From a virus (taxonomy: Duplodnaviria; Caudoviricetes), in IMG/VR virus record IMGVR_UViG_3300047557_002530: DNA of 64,000 nt. One strand, written 5' to 3'. Positions within the stretch are counted from its first letter, which is position 1. Each line of letters opens with the position of its first letter. Positions 1 to 11,290 of this stretch are shown here, piece by piece. Made by a program: the position numbers and the translations under genes. The notes beneath the pieces are model-generated. The model was given only the letters and a program-made list of their open reading frames with translations. It was not told the DNA's origin and ran no database searches.

Positions 1-47
1 CACTATACTATTCTTCTGATCAACCATCTCGACCTTATTGAAAATAA

Positions 48-719
48 GTGATTATGAAACTCTCTGATAAAACTCTGACCCTACTGAAGAACTTTTCTTC
101 AATTAATCAGTCCATTCTTTTCAAGGAAGGTAGCAACCTACGGACAATTTCTGTGATGAAAAACATCCTAGCAGAAGCAACAATTGAAGAAGAACTGCCT
201 AAAGATTTTGGTATCTATGACTTGAACCAGTTTCTGAATGGTCTCAATCTCCACCAAAATGCTGAACTTGATTTCCAGAATGATGGTTATGTAGTAATTA
301 AAGAAGGCAAGTCTCGTTCTAAGTATTTCTTCGCAGACCCTAACGTAATCATTACTCCTCCCGAAAAGGATATTGTTCTGCCAAGTGAAGATGTTTGTTT
401 CCTTCTTGATACCAAAGAACTTGATAAACTGCTTAAAGCTGCTTCTGTCTATCAACTTCCTGACTTGTCTGTGGTTGGTGAAGCAGGTGTGGTGAAACTG
501 GTAGTTCGTGATAAGAAGAATGATACTTCTAATGACTTTTCCGTGATTGTTGGCGAAACTGATGAAGTATTCTCCTTTAACTTCAAGGTAGAGAATATCA
601 AGATTCTTCCTGGTTCTTATGAGGTAGTTATCTCACGTAAACTTTTGTCGCGCTTCAAGAATACTGGATTTGATGTTAGTTATTGGATTGCATTAGAACC
701 AGATAGTCAGTTTAGTTGA
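48..719 (+). CDS. gp45: DNA polymerase sliding clamp
   Basis: MKLSDKTLTLLKNFSSINQSI...YWIALEPDS is T4 gp45-like; sits upstream of the clamp loader. Confidence 0.95.
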   Translation: MIMKLSDKTLTLLKNFSSINQSILFKEGSNLRTISVMKNILAEATIEEELPKDFGIYDLNQFLNGLNLHQNAELDFQNDGYVVIKEGKSRSKYFFADPNVIITPPEKDIVLPSEDVCFLLDTKELDKLLKAASVYQLPDLSVVGEAGVVKLVVRDKKNDTSNDFSVIVGETDEVFSFNFKVENIKILPGSYEVVISRKLLSRFKNTGFDVSYWIALEPDSQFS

Positions 720-767
720 TATGAAAGTATCTTATTATATAAATAATAATGTAATAAGATACTTTTT

Positions 768-1334
768 ATGTTTATCTATAAAATAACCAATAGACAAACT
801 CAAGAGTTTTATGTAGGTCAAACTATAAAAAATATTGAGTATAGATTTAGAAAACATAAAGAAATATCTATTCGTGGTGGTGGATATAAACTTCATAGTG
901 CTATGAGAAAGTATGGTGTAGAAAATTTTATTATTGAAATTTTGGATACTGCTACTAACTTAGACGAATTAAATGAAAAAGAAATCTACCATATAGACAC
1001 ACTTAAACCTTATTATAACATTCTTCCCGGAGGTCAAATCAGATTATCTGAAAGTTCTATTAGAAAAATGCGAGAAAGTTTAACTGGAAAAAAACAACCA
1101 AAAGAACTCGTTGCAAAAAGATTTAAAAAATTAAGAGAACTTGAAAATGACAAACAATTCCTAATTGAGAGGGGAAAAAGTGTAAGTGAATCAAAGAAAA
1201 AAACATATTTAATAGAAAATGTTTATTTTACTGGATTGGAAGAAGTTGCTAAACATCACAACATAAGTTATACTTGTGCCAGAGCAAGAGTAAAATCATC
1301 TTCTTCTACTTGGGAAAATTGGATTAAACTTTAA
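768..1334 (+). CDS. Free-standing GIY-YIG homing endonuclease (Seg-like)
   Basis: N-terminal IYKITN...FYVGQT motif; AT-rich; TATAAATA late promoter at 738-745. Confidence 0.88.
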   Translation: MFIYKITNRQTQEFYVGQTIKNIEYRFRKHKEISIRGGGYKLHSAMRKYGVENFIIEILDTATNLDELNEKEIYHIDTLKPYYNILPGGQIRLSESSIRKMRESLTGKKQPKELVAKRFKKLRELENDKQFLIERGKSVSESKKKTYLIENVYFTGLEEVAKHHNISYTCARARVKSSSSTWENWIKL

Positions 1335-1344
1335 TTTCTATGTT

Positions 1345-1857
1345 ATGAACATCTTCGTTACTTCTCCATTTCCGGCTGAGAGTGCCATTTGTCTCCCTGA
1401 CAAACACATCGTTAAGATGCCCCTAGAGTGCTGTCAGATGCTCTCTATCGTGGCATCAGAGAAGTGGGGGCATGGGTATGGAACTCTCCCTAAGACGGAC
1501 GGAACCCCCTACAAGACGGACAGGGGAGCGTTCCGCAATCATCCCTGCACCAAGTGGGCACTGGAGAGTATCCATAATGCCTACTGGTTAATCAAGTGGG
1601 GATTGAACTTGTCTGATGAATACTGCCTGCGGTATAATAAAACCCACTCCTGTTACAAGACTCTTGTGGATGCATACTATTTGTTTCCCAAGGGTAAGAT
1701 TACAGAAGTGACTCCATTTGCTCGTGCTATGCCAGAGGAATGGAAGTTTGACGGCACTATTGACACATTTGAAGCATACAAAAGGTATATCGCATCCAAA
1801 CCTTGGGTGTCTGAAAACTATCTTCGTATGCCTGAGCGCAAACCTAACTGGGTCTAA
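1345..1857 (+). CDS. Pyrimidine-dimer DNA glycosylase (DenV-like) family protein
   Basis: MNIF...DKHIVKMPLECCQMLS and NHPCTKW motifs. Confidence 0.65.
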   Translation: MNIFVTSPFPAESAICLPDKHIVKMPLECCQMLSIVASEKWGHGYGTLPKTDGTPYKTDRGAFRNHPCTKWALESIHNAYWLIKWGLNLSDEYCLRYNKTHSCYKTLVDAYYLFPKGKITEVTPFARAMPEEWKFDGTIDTFEAYKRYIASKPWVSENYLRMPERKPNWV

Positions 1858-1860
1858 ATT

Positions 1861-2805
1861 ATGACAAGTGAATTTCTTTTTGTGGAGAAATACCGCCCTC
1901 AAGTAATTGAGGATTGTATTCTTCCTGATGATACTAAAAAAACATTTAAGGAGTTTGTGGAGAAGGGAGAGATTCCGAATCTTCTTCTCGCAGGACCTCC
2001 TGGTATTGGTAAAACTACCATTGCAAAAGCATTGTGTAATGAGTTGGGAGCAGATTTCTATGTCATCAACGGATCCGACGAAGGACGTTTCCTGGATACT
2101 GTACGGAACCAAGCAAAGAACTTCGCTTCGACCGTCTCACTTACGGGATCTTCTAAACACAAAGTCATCATCATCGATGAGGCGGATAACACAGGCAATG
2201 ACGTACAACTCCTACTACGGGCGAATATTGAGGCATTTTATAACAACTGCCGATTCATCTTCACCTGCAACTACAAGAACAAAATTATTGAACCTCTTCA
2301 CTCCCGATGTGCCGTTATCGACTTTACCATCAAAGGGAAGCAAAGAGTTCAACTTGCAGGAAGTTTCTTTCAACGACTTCAAACAATATTGGATGCGGAA
2401 AAGATTGAGTACGATCAAAAAGTCGTTGCTGAACTTGTTACAAAACATTTCCCCGACTTCCGTAGGGTTCTGAATGAAATTCAACGATACTCTACTGGCG
2501 GTAAAATTGATTCTGGTATTCTCGCATCTTTCTCTGATGTTTCCGTAAATGAACTCGTCAAAAATCTCAAAGACAAAAACTTTACAGAGGTTCGTAAATG
2601 GGTGGTCTCCAACCTGGATAACGATGCTAGTAGTCTACTTCGCCGGATTTATGACGCCTCTTTTGATAACCTTTCACCCCAATCTATTCCTGCTGCCGTT
2701 CTTGTTATTGCTAAGTATCAATACCAATGTGCGTTCGTGGCTGACCAGGAAGTAAATCTTCTTGCTGCTCTTACTGAAATTATGTGCGAGTGTGAGTTCA
2801 AATGA
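1861..2805 (+). CDS. gp44: Clamp loader large subunit (AAA+)
   Basis: EKYRP, Walker A GPPGIGKT, IIIDEAD, SRC motif. Confidence 0.96.
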   Translation: MTSEFLFVEKYRPQVIEDCILPDDTKKTFKEFVEKGEIPNLLLAGPPGIGKTTIAKALCNELGADFYVINGSDEGRFLDTVRNQAKNFASTVSLTGSSKHKVIIIDEADNTGNDVQLLLRANIEAFYNNCRFIFTCNYKNKIIEPLHSRCAVIDFTIKGKQRVQLAGSFFQRLQTILDAEKIEYDQKVVAELVTKHFPDFRRVLNEIQRYSTGGKIDSGILASFSDVSVNELVKNLKDKNFTEVRKWVVSNLDNDASSLLRRIYDASFDNLSPQSIPAAVLVIAKYQYQCAFVADQEVNLLAALTEIMCECEFK

Positions 2806-3659
2806 CTTCGAATAAATCATTAAAAACTGCCTTGCGTTACCCTGGCGGTAAGAGTAGGGCAGTCGCTAAGATGGGACCATACTTTCCAGACCTTCGCAAC
2901 TATGATGAGTTTCGGGAACCATTTCTTGGAGGTGGAAGTGTTGCAATTTATATCACTAAAAAATATCCCAGTGTAGATATTTGGGTTAATGATCTTTATG
3001 AACCACTTGTAAACTTCTGGCAGCAACTCCAGATTTTTGGATATGATTTGAAAAGTGAACTTGTTGACTTAAAGAAGGCAAATAATACTCCAGACAAAGC
3101 AAGAGAACTTTTCCTTCAATCAAAGGAACGGATCAATGACAAAACTGTGTCAAATTTTGATCGTGCTGTGGCTTTTTATATTGTCAATAAGTGTAGTTTC
3201 AGTGGTCTTACAGAGAGTTCATCATTTTCAGAGCAAGCATCCAATTCAAACTTTAGTTTGCGTGGAATTGAAAAACTACCTGAGTACTCTGTATTAATTG
3301 AAAAATGGCGTATAACTAATTATTCCTATGACTATCTGATGGATGGTAATAAGAGTGCTTTTATGTATCTCGATCCTCCTTATGATATTAAGGATAATCT
3401 CTATGGGAACAAGGGATCAATGCATAAAGGATTTGATCACGATAAGTTTGCTGCCGATTGTGATGCTAATAATATGGATCAATTGGTAAGTTATAACTCA
3501 GATCAACTTGTCAAAGATCGTTTTAAGAACTGGAACGCTGCAGAGTTTGATTTGACTTATACGATGCGTTCGGTTGGTGAATATATGCGCGAACAAAAAA
3601 ATCGTAAAGAATTGCTGCTATTTAATTATGGAATTGAAGGACTGGCTGAACTCAATTAA
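2802..3659 (+). CDS. dam: DNA adenine methyltransferase (D12 class)
   Basis: LRYPGGKS, EPFLGGGSV, YLDPPY. Confidence 0.92.
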   Translation: MTSNKSLKTALRYPGGKSRAVAKMGPYFPDLRNYDEFREPFLGGGSVAIYITKKYPSVDIWVNDLYEPLVNFWQQLQIFGYDLKSELVDLKKANNTPDKARELFLQSKERINDKTVSNFDRAVAFYIVNKCSFSGLTESSSFSEQASNSNFSLRGIEKLPEYSVLIEKWRITNYSYDYLMDGNKSAFMYLDPPYDIKDNLYGNKGSMHKGFDHDKFAADCDANNMDQLVSYNSDQLVKDRFKNWNAAEFDLTYTMRSVGEYMREQKNRKELLLFNYGIEGLAELN

Positions 3660-4005
3660 TTCTACAAAAGAAAATTTGATGGAGGATTCCTCCACAATCA
3701 AAGAATATTCTCCCTATGTTATTAATCGATGTTTATCTGGGTATATTGATTGCGTTCTCTTCGCAAATGAAATGAATATGAATCATAGTCTTGATAAAGA
3801 TATGCAATATTCATTTTATCTAAATATTATAAGAAAAAGGAAGAGATTTTCTCCCTGGCTCCGTAAAGATGAAATCCAAGACTTAGAATATGTAAAAAAA
3901 TACTATGGTTATAGTAACGAAAAGGCATATCAAGCACTGAAAATTTTGTCGAGAGAGCAAATCAACTTTATTAAACAACGACTTGAAACTGGCGGAACAA
4001 AATGA
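3628..4005 (+). CDS. gp62: Clamp loader small subunit
   Basis: MELKDWLNSIN...YSPYVINRCLS...RKRFSPW; ATG at 3628 preferred to the ORF-track start. Confidence 0.9.
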   Translation: MELKDWLNSINSTKENLMEDSSTIKEYSPYVINRCLSGYIDCVLFANEMNMNHSLDKDMQYSFYLNIIRKRKRFSPWLRKDEIQDLEYVKKYYGYSNEKAYQALKILSREQINFIKQRLETGGTK

Positions 4006-4442
4006 CAACCCAAACAATTGAACCACAAGTAAATTGGTCACAGGACCAAATGGTGGAAGTTATTCTAAATGAACCTGATGATTTTTTAAAGGTTCGTGAG
4101 ACTTTGACTCGTATCGGAGTTGCCTCTAGGAAGGAGAAAAAACTCTACCAGTCTTGCCATATTCTTCACAAACAGGGAAGATATTATATTGTTCACTTTA
4201 AAGAACTATTTGCTCTTGATGGCAAACATGCTAATCTTACTGTAAATGACGTTCAGAGACGTAATCGTATTGTTCGTCTTCTTGCTGATTGGGGATTGAT
4301 TACTGTGATTGATCAAGATAAGGTTGCTGATATTGCTCCCCTGAATCAAATTAAAGTTCTTGCTTATAAGGATAAAGGGGATTGGATTTTGGAACAGAAA
4401 TATAATATTGGTAAAAAAGGAAAAGCAGTAGATCCCGAATAA
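4002..4442 (+). CDS. regA: Translational repressor RegA
   Basis: DDFLKVRETLTRIGVASRKEKKLYQSCHILHKQGRYYIVHFKELF. Confidence 0.96.
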   Translation: MTTQTIEPQVNWSQDQMVEVILNEPDDFLKVRETLTRIGVASRKEKKLYQSCHILHKQGRYYIVHFKELFALDGKHANLTVNDVQRRNRIVRLLADWGLITVIDQDKVADIAPLNQIKVLAYKDKGDWILEQKYNIGKKGKAVDPE

Positions 4443-4492
4443 ATAGTAATGTGCCATTCGTGCGGCACTCTACAAAAGTCGGAACACCCTAA

Positions 4493-4528
4493 AGAGAAGT
4501 TCGGTTTTTACCGTTCTTCTCTTTTTTG
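4493..4528 (+). terminator. Intrinsic terminator between regA and hsp20
   Basis: GAGAAG...CTTCTC hairpin followed by a T run. Confidence 0.55.
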
Positions 4529-4601
4529 ATTTTTGGTTAAATAGTAATGGATGCCGAAAGGGTCCACACAACACAAACTCGCTTTTAAAGGAGCTACCAT
4601 A

Positions 4602-5036
4602 ATGACTAACCTAACAAGGTATACTGCTGCGGATCTTCCTGCTCTGATGGATAGAATTACGCGCAATTCAATCGGAATGGATGAATATTTTGATCGTCTA
4701 TTTCATCTTCACGAAACAACTTCTAACTACCCGCCATATAATCTAGTTCAAGTTAGTAACGTAGAATCGAGACTTGAATTAGCACTCGCTGGATTTAAAA
4801 AGAAAGAAGTTTACGTTTACACGCAAGATGGAAAACTTTTTATTGAGGGACAAAAGGAAGATAAGGAAACTGATACCAACTACGTCCATAAGGGATTGGC
4901 TCAACGATCTTTCAAGAGAGCGTGGACGATGGCAGATGATACAGAAGTCGCAGATGTATCCTTTGAAGATGGACTCCTCTCTGTCAACTTGAAAAAAATT
5001 GTTCCCGATCATCATAAGAGAAAAGATTATCTATAA
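4602..5036 (+). CDS. hsp20: Small heat-shock protein
   Basis: NYPPYNL...LELALAGF...HKGLAQRSFKRAW alpha-crystallin domain; AAGGAG RBS before ATG 4602. Confidence 0.93.
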   Translation: MTNLTRYTAADLPALMDRITRNSIGMDEYFDRLFHLHETTSNYPPYNLVQVSNVESRLELALAGFKKKEVYVYTQDGKLFIEGQKEDKETDTNYVHKGLAQRSFKRAWTMADDTEVADVSFEDGLLSVNLKKIVPDHHKRKDYL

Positions 5037-5133
5037 ATATAACTGAATATCGTCGGCGCGAGGGGACCCTGGCAAAATCCAGGTTGACTCCCCTCTTTTT
5101 TCTTGCTAGAATACTTAGAGGTATGGAGTAAAA

Positions 5134-5502
5134 ATGACGGTAAAACTTGCTCTTTTAAAATCGGGCGAAGACGTAATTGCTGACGTTCAAGAAATGGTAG
5201 TGGGTAAAGAACCCGAACAAAAAGTAGTTGGATATATTTTTAATAAACCTTGTAGCATTAAAATGCGAGTCAGGGAAGAAGATAATGATAAGGAAAAAAC
5301 TGATTCAGTAAAAATCAGATTGACTCCTTGGATCATACTAACAAAGGATACTAAAATCCCAGTATCTTTAGATTGGGTAATTACTCTTGTTGATCCAATA
5401 GATCAACTTCTAAAAATGTATCAAGAGGACATCTTAAACAATGGAAAAGATAATCAAAGTATTAGTTCTAATGAATCAGCAAATCCTGATATCTCAAATT
5501 GA
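5134..5502 (+). CDS. Conserved T4-like cyanophage hypothetical protein
   Basis: Intact ORF with GGAG RBS; MTVKLALLKSGEDVIAD. Confidence 0.7.
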   Translation: MTVKLALLKSGEDVIADVQEMVVGKEPEQKVVGYIFNKPCSIKMRVREEDNDKEKTDSVKIRLTPWIILTKDTKIPVSLDWVITLVDPIDQLLKMYQEDILNNGKDNQSISSNESANPDISN

Positions 5503-5701
5503 GGAAGTTGGTGCTGACATTGGAGAACCAGATTGCAAGCTAGTTACTCCTTTTGTCATAAAAAATGATATGATGTTGGAACCATTTCTTAGTCGATATA
5601 CAAAACAAAATACATTTATGATGAGTTCCGACAAGATTCTTACTCTTGTGGATCCTACGCCCAATTTACTTGAAAAATACCAGGACTTGATTAAAGAATG
5701 A
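5441..5701 (+). CDS. Conserved hypothetical protein upstream of gp43
   Basis: EEVGADIGEPDCKL; stop overlaps the gp43 start. Confidence 0.65.
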   Translation: MEKIIKVLVLMNQQILISQIEEVGADIGEPDCKLVTPFVIKNDMMLEPFLSRYTKQNTFMMSSDKILTLVDPTPNLLEKYQDLIKE

Positions 5702-8199
5702 CTCAACGCTTTTATACTAATGTTCAATTGATTGGAAATCAAATTCTTGTTCGTGGAGTTGAAAATGGAAAAAGATTTGAAAATAGAGATGAGTTTTACC
5801 CAACCCTATTTGTAAAAACCAAAAAAGATTCAAAATATCGAACCTTAAGTGGGGAATTTGTAGAACCAATAAAACCCGGAACAATTAAAGATTGTCGCGA
5901 GTTTTATAAAAAGTATGAAAGCGTAGATGGATTTGAGATCTATGGGAATGACAGGTACATCTGTCAATATATTTCCGAAAAATATCCAGAGGATGAAATT
6001 AAGTTTGATATTAGTAAAATCAAACTTGTAACTCTAGATATTGAGGTTGCTTCTGAAGGAGGATTCCCCGATGTAGAATCTTGTTCTGAGGAAATTCTTG
6101 CAATTAGTATTCAGGATTACACTACTAAAGAGATTATTACTTGGGGAGTTAAACCATTTAAACACAATCGTAAGGACTTGACTTACCATTATTGTCCTTC
6201 TGAATATGAACTTCTCAATAATTTTATCAATTATTGGATGTTTAATGTTCCTGATGTTATTACTGGGTGGAACATTCAACTTTATGATGTCCCTTATATT
6301 TGTAAGCGTCTCAATCGGGTTCTTGGTGAAAAACTAATGAAGCGTTTTTCTAACTGGGGACTTGTAACTGAAGGAGAAACTTATATTCAAGGAAGAAAGC
6401 ACACTACATTTGATATTGGTGGTCTTACTCAACTTGATTATCTTGACCTCTATAAGAAGTTTACATATAAGGCACAGGAATCATATCGTCTTGATTATAT
6501 TGCCGAAGTCGAGTTAGGACAGAAAAAACTTGATCACTCTGAGTTTGATACCTTTAAGGACTTTTATACGCAGGGGTGGCAAAAATTCATTGAATATAAC
6601 ATCATTGACGTAGAACTTGTTGACCGTTTGGAAGACAAGATGAAACTCATTGAGTTGGCACTTACAATGGCATATGACGCAAAGGTGAACTATGCCGATG
6701 TTTTTTACCAAGTTCGTATGTGGGATAACATTATCTACACCTATCTAAAGAAAAGAAATATTGTTATTCCCCCAAAAAATAAAACACAGAAGAATGAAAA
6801 GTATGCAGGTGCTTATGTAAAAGAACCAGTTCCTGGAATGTATGATTGGGTTGTGAGTTTTGACTTGAACTCACTGTACCCGCACTTGATTATGATGTAT
6901 AACATAAGTCCAGAAACTCTTCTGGAAGAAAAGCATCCAACGGTTAATGTTGATAAAATTCTAAATCAGTCTATTAACTTTGAGATGTATAAAGATTATG
7001 CAGTTTGTGCAAACGGGGCAATGTTCCGTAAAGACATTCGTGGATTTCTTCCTGAGTTGATGGAAAAGATCTATAATGAACGGGTGATCTTTAAGAAAAA
7101 GATGCTTGCTGCAGAGCAAGAATATGAAAAAACAAAAAACAAAGAGTTGATTAAAGAGATTGCTCGTTGTAACAATATTCAGATGGCACGTAAGATTCAA
7201 CTTAACTCTGCTTATGGTGCTATTGGTAATCAATATTTCCGTTACTACAAACTAGCAAACGCTGAGGCAATTACATTGTCGGGTCAGGTTTCTATTCAAT
7301 GGATTATGAACAAAGTCAATTCTTACTTGAATAAAATTCTTAAAACAGGAAGTGAGGATTATGTTATTGCTTCAGATACTGACTCCTTGTATATTAATAT
7401 GGGTCCTTTGGTTGAAAATGTATTCGAGGGAAGAGAGAAAACTACTGAAAGCATTGTTTCGTTCCTTGATAAGGTCTGTTCGATGGAATTTGAAAAATAT
7501 ATTGAAAGTTCTTATCAAGAATTGGCGGATTATGTGAACGCATATGAACAGAAAATGTTTATGAAGCGTGAGTGTGTCGCTGAGCGTGGTATTTGGACTG
7601 CAAAGAAACGATACATTCTTAGTGTTTGGGATAGTGAAGGCGTTAGGTATAAAGAACCTAAATTGAAAATTAAAGGTATTGAGGCAATTAAGTCTTCTAC
7701 TCCAGCACCTTGTCGTAAGATGCTGAAAGAATCTTTCAGCATTATGATGAGTGGAACAGAAGATGATATGATTAGTTTTATCGATAAATGTCGCCTTGAA
7801 TTTAGGACACTTCCCCCAGAGTCTATCTCTTTCCCAAGGTCAGCTTCTGACGTTCAGAAGTACTCTTCTTCATCTGACATTTACATTAAGGGAACTCCGA
7901 TTCATGTTCGTGGAGCACTTTTATTCAATCACTATATCAAACAGAATAAGTTGACTAACAAATATTCTCTTATTCAGAATGGGGAAAAGATCAAGTTTGT
8001 TTACCTTAAGAAACCAAATACTATTCACGAAAATGTGATTACATTCATCCAAGACTTTCCAAAGGAACTCAATCTTGACAAATATATAGACTATGAACTA
8101 CAGTTTGAAAAAGCATTTCTAGAACCACTTAAGATTATTCTTGATTCTATTGGATGGAATGTTGAAAAAACCTCAAGTTTGGAATCATTTTTCTTTTGA
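5698..8199 (+). CDS. gp43: Family B DNA polymerase
   Basis: Exo DIE and motifs SFDLNSLYP, KIQLNSAYG, SDTDS; no intron or intein visible. Confidence 0.98.
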   Translation: MTQRFYTNVQLIGNQILVRGVENGKRFENRDEFYPTLFVKTKKDSKYRTLSGEFVEPIKPGTIKDCREFYKKYESVDGFEIYGNDRYICQYISEKYPEDEIKFDISKIKLVTLDIEVASEGGFPDVESCSEEILAISIQDYTTKEIITWGVKPFKHNRKDLTYHYCPSEYELLNNFINYWMFNVPDVITGWNIQLYDVPYICKRLNRVLGEKLMKRFSNWGLVTEGETYIQGRKHTTFDIGGLTQLDYLDLYKKFTYKAQESYRLDYIAEVELGQKKLDHSEFDTFKDFYTQGWQKFIEYNIIDVELVDRLEDKMKLIELALTMAYDAKVNYADVFYQVRMWDNIIYTYLKKRNIVIPPKNKTQKNEKYAGAYVKEPVPGMYDWVVSFDLNSLYPHLIMMYNISPETLLEEKHPTVNVDKILNQSINFEMYKDYAVCANGAMFRKDIRGFLPELMEKIYNERVIFKKKMLAAEQEYEKTKNKELIKEIARCNNIQMARKIQLNSAYGAIGNQYFRYYKLANAEAITLSGQVSIQWIMNKVNSYLNKILKTGSEDYVIASDTDSLYINMGPLVENVFEGREKTTESIVSFLDKVCSMEFEKYIESSYQELADYVNAYEQKMFMKRECVAERGIWTAKKRYILSVWDSEGVRYKEPKLKIKGIEAIKSSTPAPCRKMLKESFSIMMSGTEDDMISFIDKCRLEFRTLPPESISFPRSASDVQKYSSSSDIYIKGTPIHVRGALLFNHYIKQNKLTNKYSLIQNGEKIKFVYLKKPNTIHENVITFIQDFPKELNLDKYIDYELQFEKAFLEPLKIILDSIGWNVEKTSSLESFFF

Positions 8200-8317
8200 T
8201 GGAAATACCCATAACTGAAAAAGAGTTTAAAAAGATTATAGAGATTCTTGAAAAAACCAATGAAAAGGATCTTTATAACAAATTGTGGACTTTTAATTTT
8301 AATAGGAAAAATAAATT

Positions 8318-9325
8318 ATGGACTTCTTAAAGGATATTGTAAAAGAGATTGGTGATGATTTCACTAAATTGGCATCAGATATTGATGAAACGGAAACTTA
8401 TGTTGATACAGGTTCGTACATTTTTAATGCACTGGTTTCAGGTAGCATATTTGGTGGTGTATCTGGCAATAAGATTACTGCTATTGCTGGAGAGTCTAGT
8501 ACTGGAAAAACTTTCTTCAGCCTCGCCGTTGTTAAGAATTTTCTTGATACCAATCCCGATGGTTATTGTCTCTATTTTGATACTGAAGCCGCTATTACTA
8601 AATCACTTGTAGAATCCCGTGGAATTGATACTTCTCGTCTGGTTGTTGTTAACGTTGTTACTATTGAAGAGTTTCGTACTAAGGCGCTCAAAGCAGTAGA
8701 CTTATACTTAAAAAAACCTGTAGAAGAACGCAAACCTTGTATGTTTGTGTTAGACTCTCTGGGAATGCTTTCCACAGAGAAAGAAATCACTGATGCACTC
8801 AACGATAAGCAAGTTCGTGATATGACTAAATCGCAACTTGTTAAGGGTGCTTTCCGAATGTTAACTCTTAAGCTAGGTCAAGCAAATGTTCCACTCATTG
8901 TCACAAATCATACATACGATGTCATCGGAGCTTACGTACCAACGAAAGAAATGGGGGGAGGTTCTGGACTCAAATACGCAGCGTCTACGATCATCTATCT
9001 CAGCAAGAAAAAAGAAAAAGATGGAACGGAAGTGGTTGGAAACATTATCAAAGCTAAGACTGCTAAATCGCGTTTGAGTAAGGAGAACAAAGATGTTGAA
9101 GTCCGTCTGTATTATGATGAGCGCGGTCTTGATCGTTACTATGGTCTTCTGGAACTTGGTGAGATTGGTGGACTCTGGAAGAATGTAGCAGGACGCTATG
9201 AGATTGATGGTAAGAAACTTTATGCTAAACAGATTCTAAAAGAACCTGAAGTATATTTCACTGAAGAAGTGATGCAACAATTGGACGAAATCGCACGTAA
9301 GGAATTTAGTTATGGAGAAAGTTGA
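8318..9325 (+). CDS. uvsX: RecA-like recombinase
   Basis: Walker [26 protein letters not shown]. Confidence 0.96.
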   Translation: MDFLKDIVKEIGDDFTKLASDIDETETYVDTGSYIFNALVSGSIFGGVSGNKITAIAGESSTGKTFFSLAVVKNFLDTNPDGYCLYFDTEAAITKSLVESRGIDTSRLVVVNVVTIEEFRTKALKAVDLYLKKPVEERKPCMFVLDSLGMLSTEKEITDALNDKQVRDMTKSQLVKGAFRMLTLKLGQANVPLIVTNHTYDVIGAYVPTKEMGGGSGLKYAASTIIYLSKKKEKDGTEVVGNIIKAKTAKSRLSKENKDVEVRLYYDERGLDRYYGLLELGEIGGLWKNVAGRYEIDGKKLYAKQILKEPEVYFTEEVMQQLDEIARKEFSYGES

Positions 9326-10688
9326 GTTTCTAATCCTTAGAAACCTTTTACACAATGAAAAATATATTAGGAAAGTAATACCCTTTATTAAATCTGAATA
9401 TTTTGAAGATCAAAATCAAAAAATTGTATTTGAAGAAATATTATCTTTTGTCCAAGAATATAATCAACCTGCAACAAAAGAAGTTCTCTGCATTGAGGTA
9501 GAAAAAAGAACAGATATTAACGAGCAGTCTTTTAAAGAAATCTCTCAAATTATTTCTTGTCTTGAAGATGTTCCCGCTGAGTTTAATTGGTTAATTGATA
9601 CTACTGAAAAGTGGTGTAGAGATCGTGCCATTTATTTGGCACTTATGGAGTCTATTCATATTGCAGATGGAAATGACGAAAAGAAGAATCGTGACAGCAT
9701 TCCTTCTATTCTTTCTGATGCTCTTGCTGTAAGTTTTGATAATCATGTCGGTCATGATTATCTCCAAGACTACGAACAAAGATATGAGTCTTATCACAAA
9801 AAGGAGGATAAAATTGAATTTGATCTTGAATACTTTAACAAAATCACGAAAGGTGGTCTCCCTAACAAAACTCTTAACATCGCTCTTGCTGGTACGGGCG
9901 TCGGCAAGTCTCTATTCATGTGCCATGTGGCTAGCTCCGTCTTGCTCCAAGGGAGGAACGTTCTGTACATTACGCTGGAAATGGCAGAAGAACGCATTGC
10001 TGAAAGAATTGACGCAAACCTCTTGAATGTTCCCATTCAAGATATTGTAGATCTTCCTAAGCAGATGTTTGAAAACAAGGTAACGAACCTTTCAAAGAAA
10101 ACTCAAGGAACCTTAATTATTAAAGAGTATCCAACTGCTTCCGCACATGCCGGACATTTTAAAGCGTTGTTGAATGAACTTGCACTTAAGAAATCATTCA
10201 GACCAGATATTATCTTTATTGACTACCTTAATATTTGTTCTTCTTCTAGGTATCGCGGCAATTCAAATATTAACTCTTACACTTTCGTGAAAGCAATCGC
10301 AGAAGAACTTCGTGGTCTTGCTGTAGAATTTAGTGTTCCTATTGTAAGTGCCACTCAGACCACTCGTTCCGGTTATGGTTCCTCTGATGTTGAACTAACT
10401 GATACCTCTGAGTCTTTCGGTCTTCCTGCAACTGCAGACTTAATGTTTGCTCTGATTTCCACAGAGGAACTTGAGGGTCTCGGGCAAATTTTAGTCAAGC
10501 AACTTAAGAATCGTTATAATGATCCAACCATTCATAAGCGATTTGTTGTTGGTATTGACCGTGCCAAAATGCGTCTTTATGACTGCGAACAATCTGCTCA
10601 ACAAGATATCCTTGACAATGGAAAGGATGAAGAGTATGATTATGAAGAAAAGAAACCAAAGAAAACATTTGAAGGATTTAAATTCTAA
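9312..10688 (+). CDS. gp41: Replicative DNA helicase (DnaB-like)
   Basis: [30 protein letters not shown]. Confidence 0.96.
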   Translation: MEKVEFLILRNLLHNEKYIRKVIPFIKSEYFEDQNQKIVFEEILSFVQEYNQPATKEVLCIEVEKRTDINEQSFKEISQIISCLEDVPAEFNWLIDTTEKWCRDRAIYLALMESIHIADGNDEKKNRDSIPSILSDALAVSFDNHVGHDYLQDYEQRYESYHKKEDKIEFDLEYFNKITKGGLPNKTLNIALAGTGVGKSLFMCHVASSVLLQGRNVLYITLEMAEERIAERIDANLLNVPIQDIVDLPKQMFENKVTNLSKKTQGTLIIKEYPTASAHAGHFKALLNELALKKSFRPDIIFIDYLNICSSSRYRGNSNINSYTFVKAIAEELRGLAVEFSVPIVSATQTTRSGYGSSDVELTDTSESFGLPATADLMFALISTEELEGLGQILVKQLKNRYNDPTIHKRFVVGIDRAKMRLYDCEQSAQQDILDNGKDEEYDYEEKKPKKTFEGFKF

Positions 10689-11092
10689 TGACTATTGACC
10701 TTAAAAAATACGTTGACTTTGTTGATGCAACTACGTCAAATCCTAGCAAACAATATAGTGATTTTCTCACACGTCTCCACAGTCTTGAAGTGGAGGGATT
10801 TCCTACCGAGCGACTGCTTACTGCTGCTGTAGGAATGTCTGCAGAAGCAGGTGAGTTTACTGAGATTGTAAAGAAAATGGTCTTTCAAGGTAAACCAGTA
10901 AATGAAGAAAATCTGTTTCACCTAAAGCGTGAACTTGGTGATATTATGTGGTATGTTTCTCAAGCGTGTATTGGACTTGATATTTCTCTTGAAGAAGTAA
11001 TCCAAATGAACTTTGAGAAACTAAGTGCCCGTTATCCTGAAGGTGCATTTAGTATTGAACGTTCTGAAAATCGTAAGGAGGGAGATCTGTGA
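10688..11092 (+). CDS. mazG: MazG-like nucleoside triphosphate pyrophosphohydrolase
   Basis: EAGEFTEIVKK...ELGDIMWY...NFEKLSARY. Confidence 0.9.
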   Translation: MTIDLKKYVDFVDATTSNPSKQYSDFLTRLHSLEVEGFPTERLLTAAVGMSAEAGEFTEIVKKMVFQGKPVNEENLFHLKRELGDIMWYVSQACIGLDISLEEVIQMNFEKLSARYPEGAFSIERSENRKEGDL

Positions 11093-11274
11093 CTAAAGAA
11101 AAGCAAGTAACAATCAAAATGGATGCTCGCACAGCAGCAGCAGTTCGCCAAGTTCTGTTTGATTCACAAAAAGGATATACTTACAATGAGGAAAGTGTTC
11201 CTCCTCGTATTGATGACATTCGTGGAGTGATCCAACAACTTGATGATAACATTGGTGCTGTTCTTGGTGCTTAA
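11089..11274 (+). CDS. Hypothetical protein
   Basis: GTG start overlapping the mazG stop; GGAG RBS. Confidence 0.6.
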   Translation: MTKEKQVTIKMDARTAAAVRQVLFDSQKGYTYNEESVPPRIDDIRGVIQQLDDNIGAVLGA

Positions 11275-11290
11275 ATAAATATTTTAAAAA

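Noticed and set aside
1588-2112. 174-aa minus-strand ORF
   Set aside because: Overlaps two well-supported plus-strand genes; no recognisable motif
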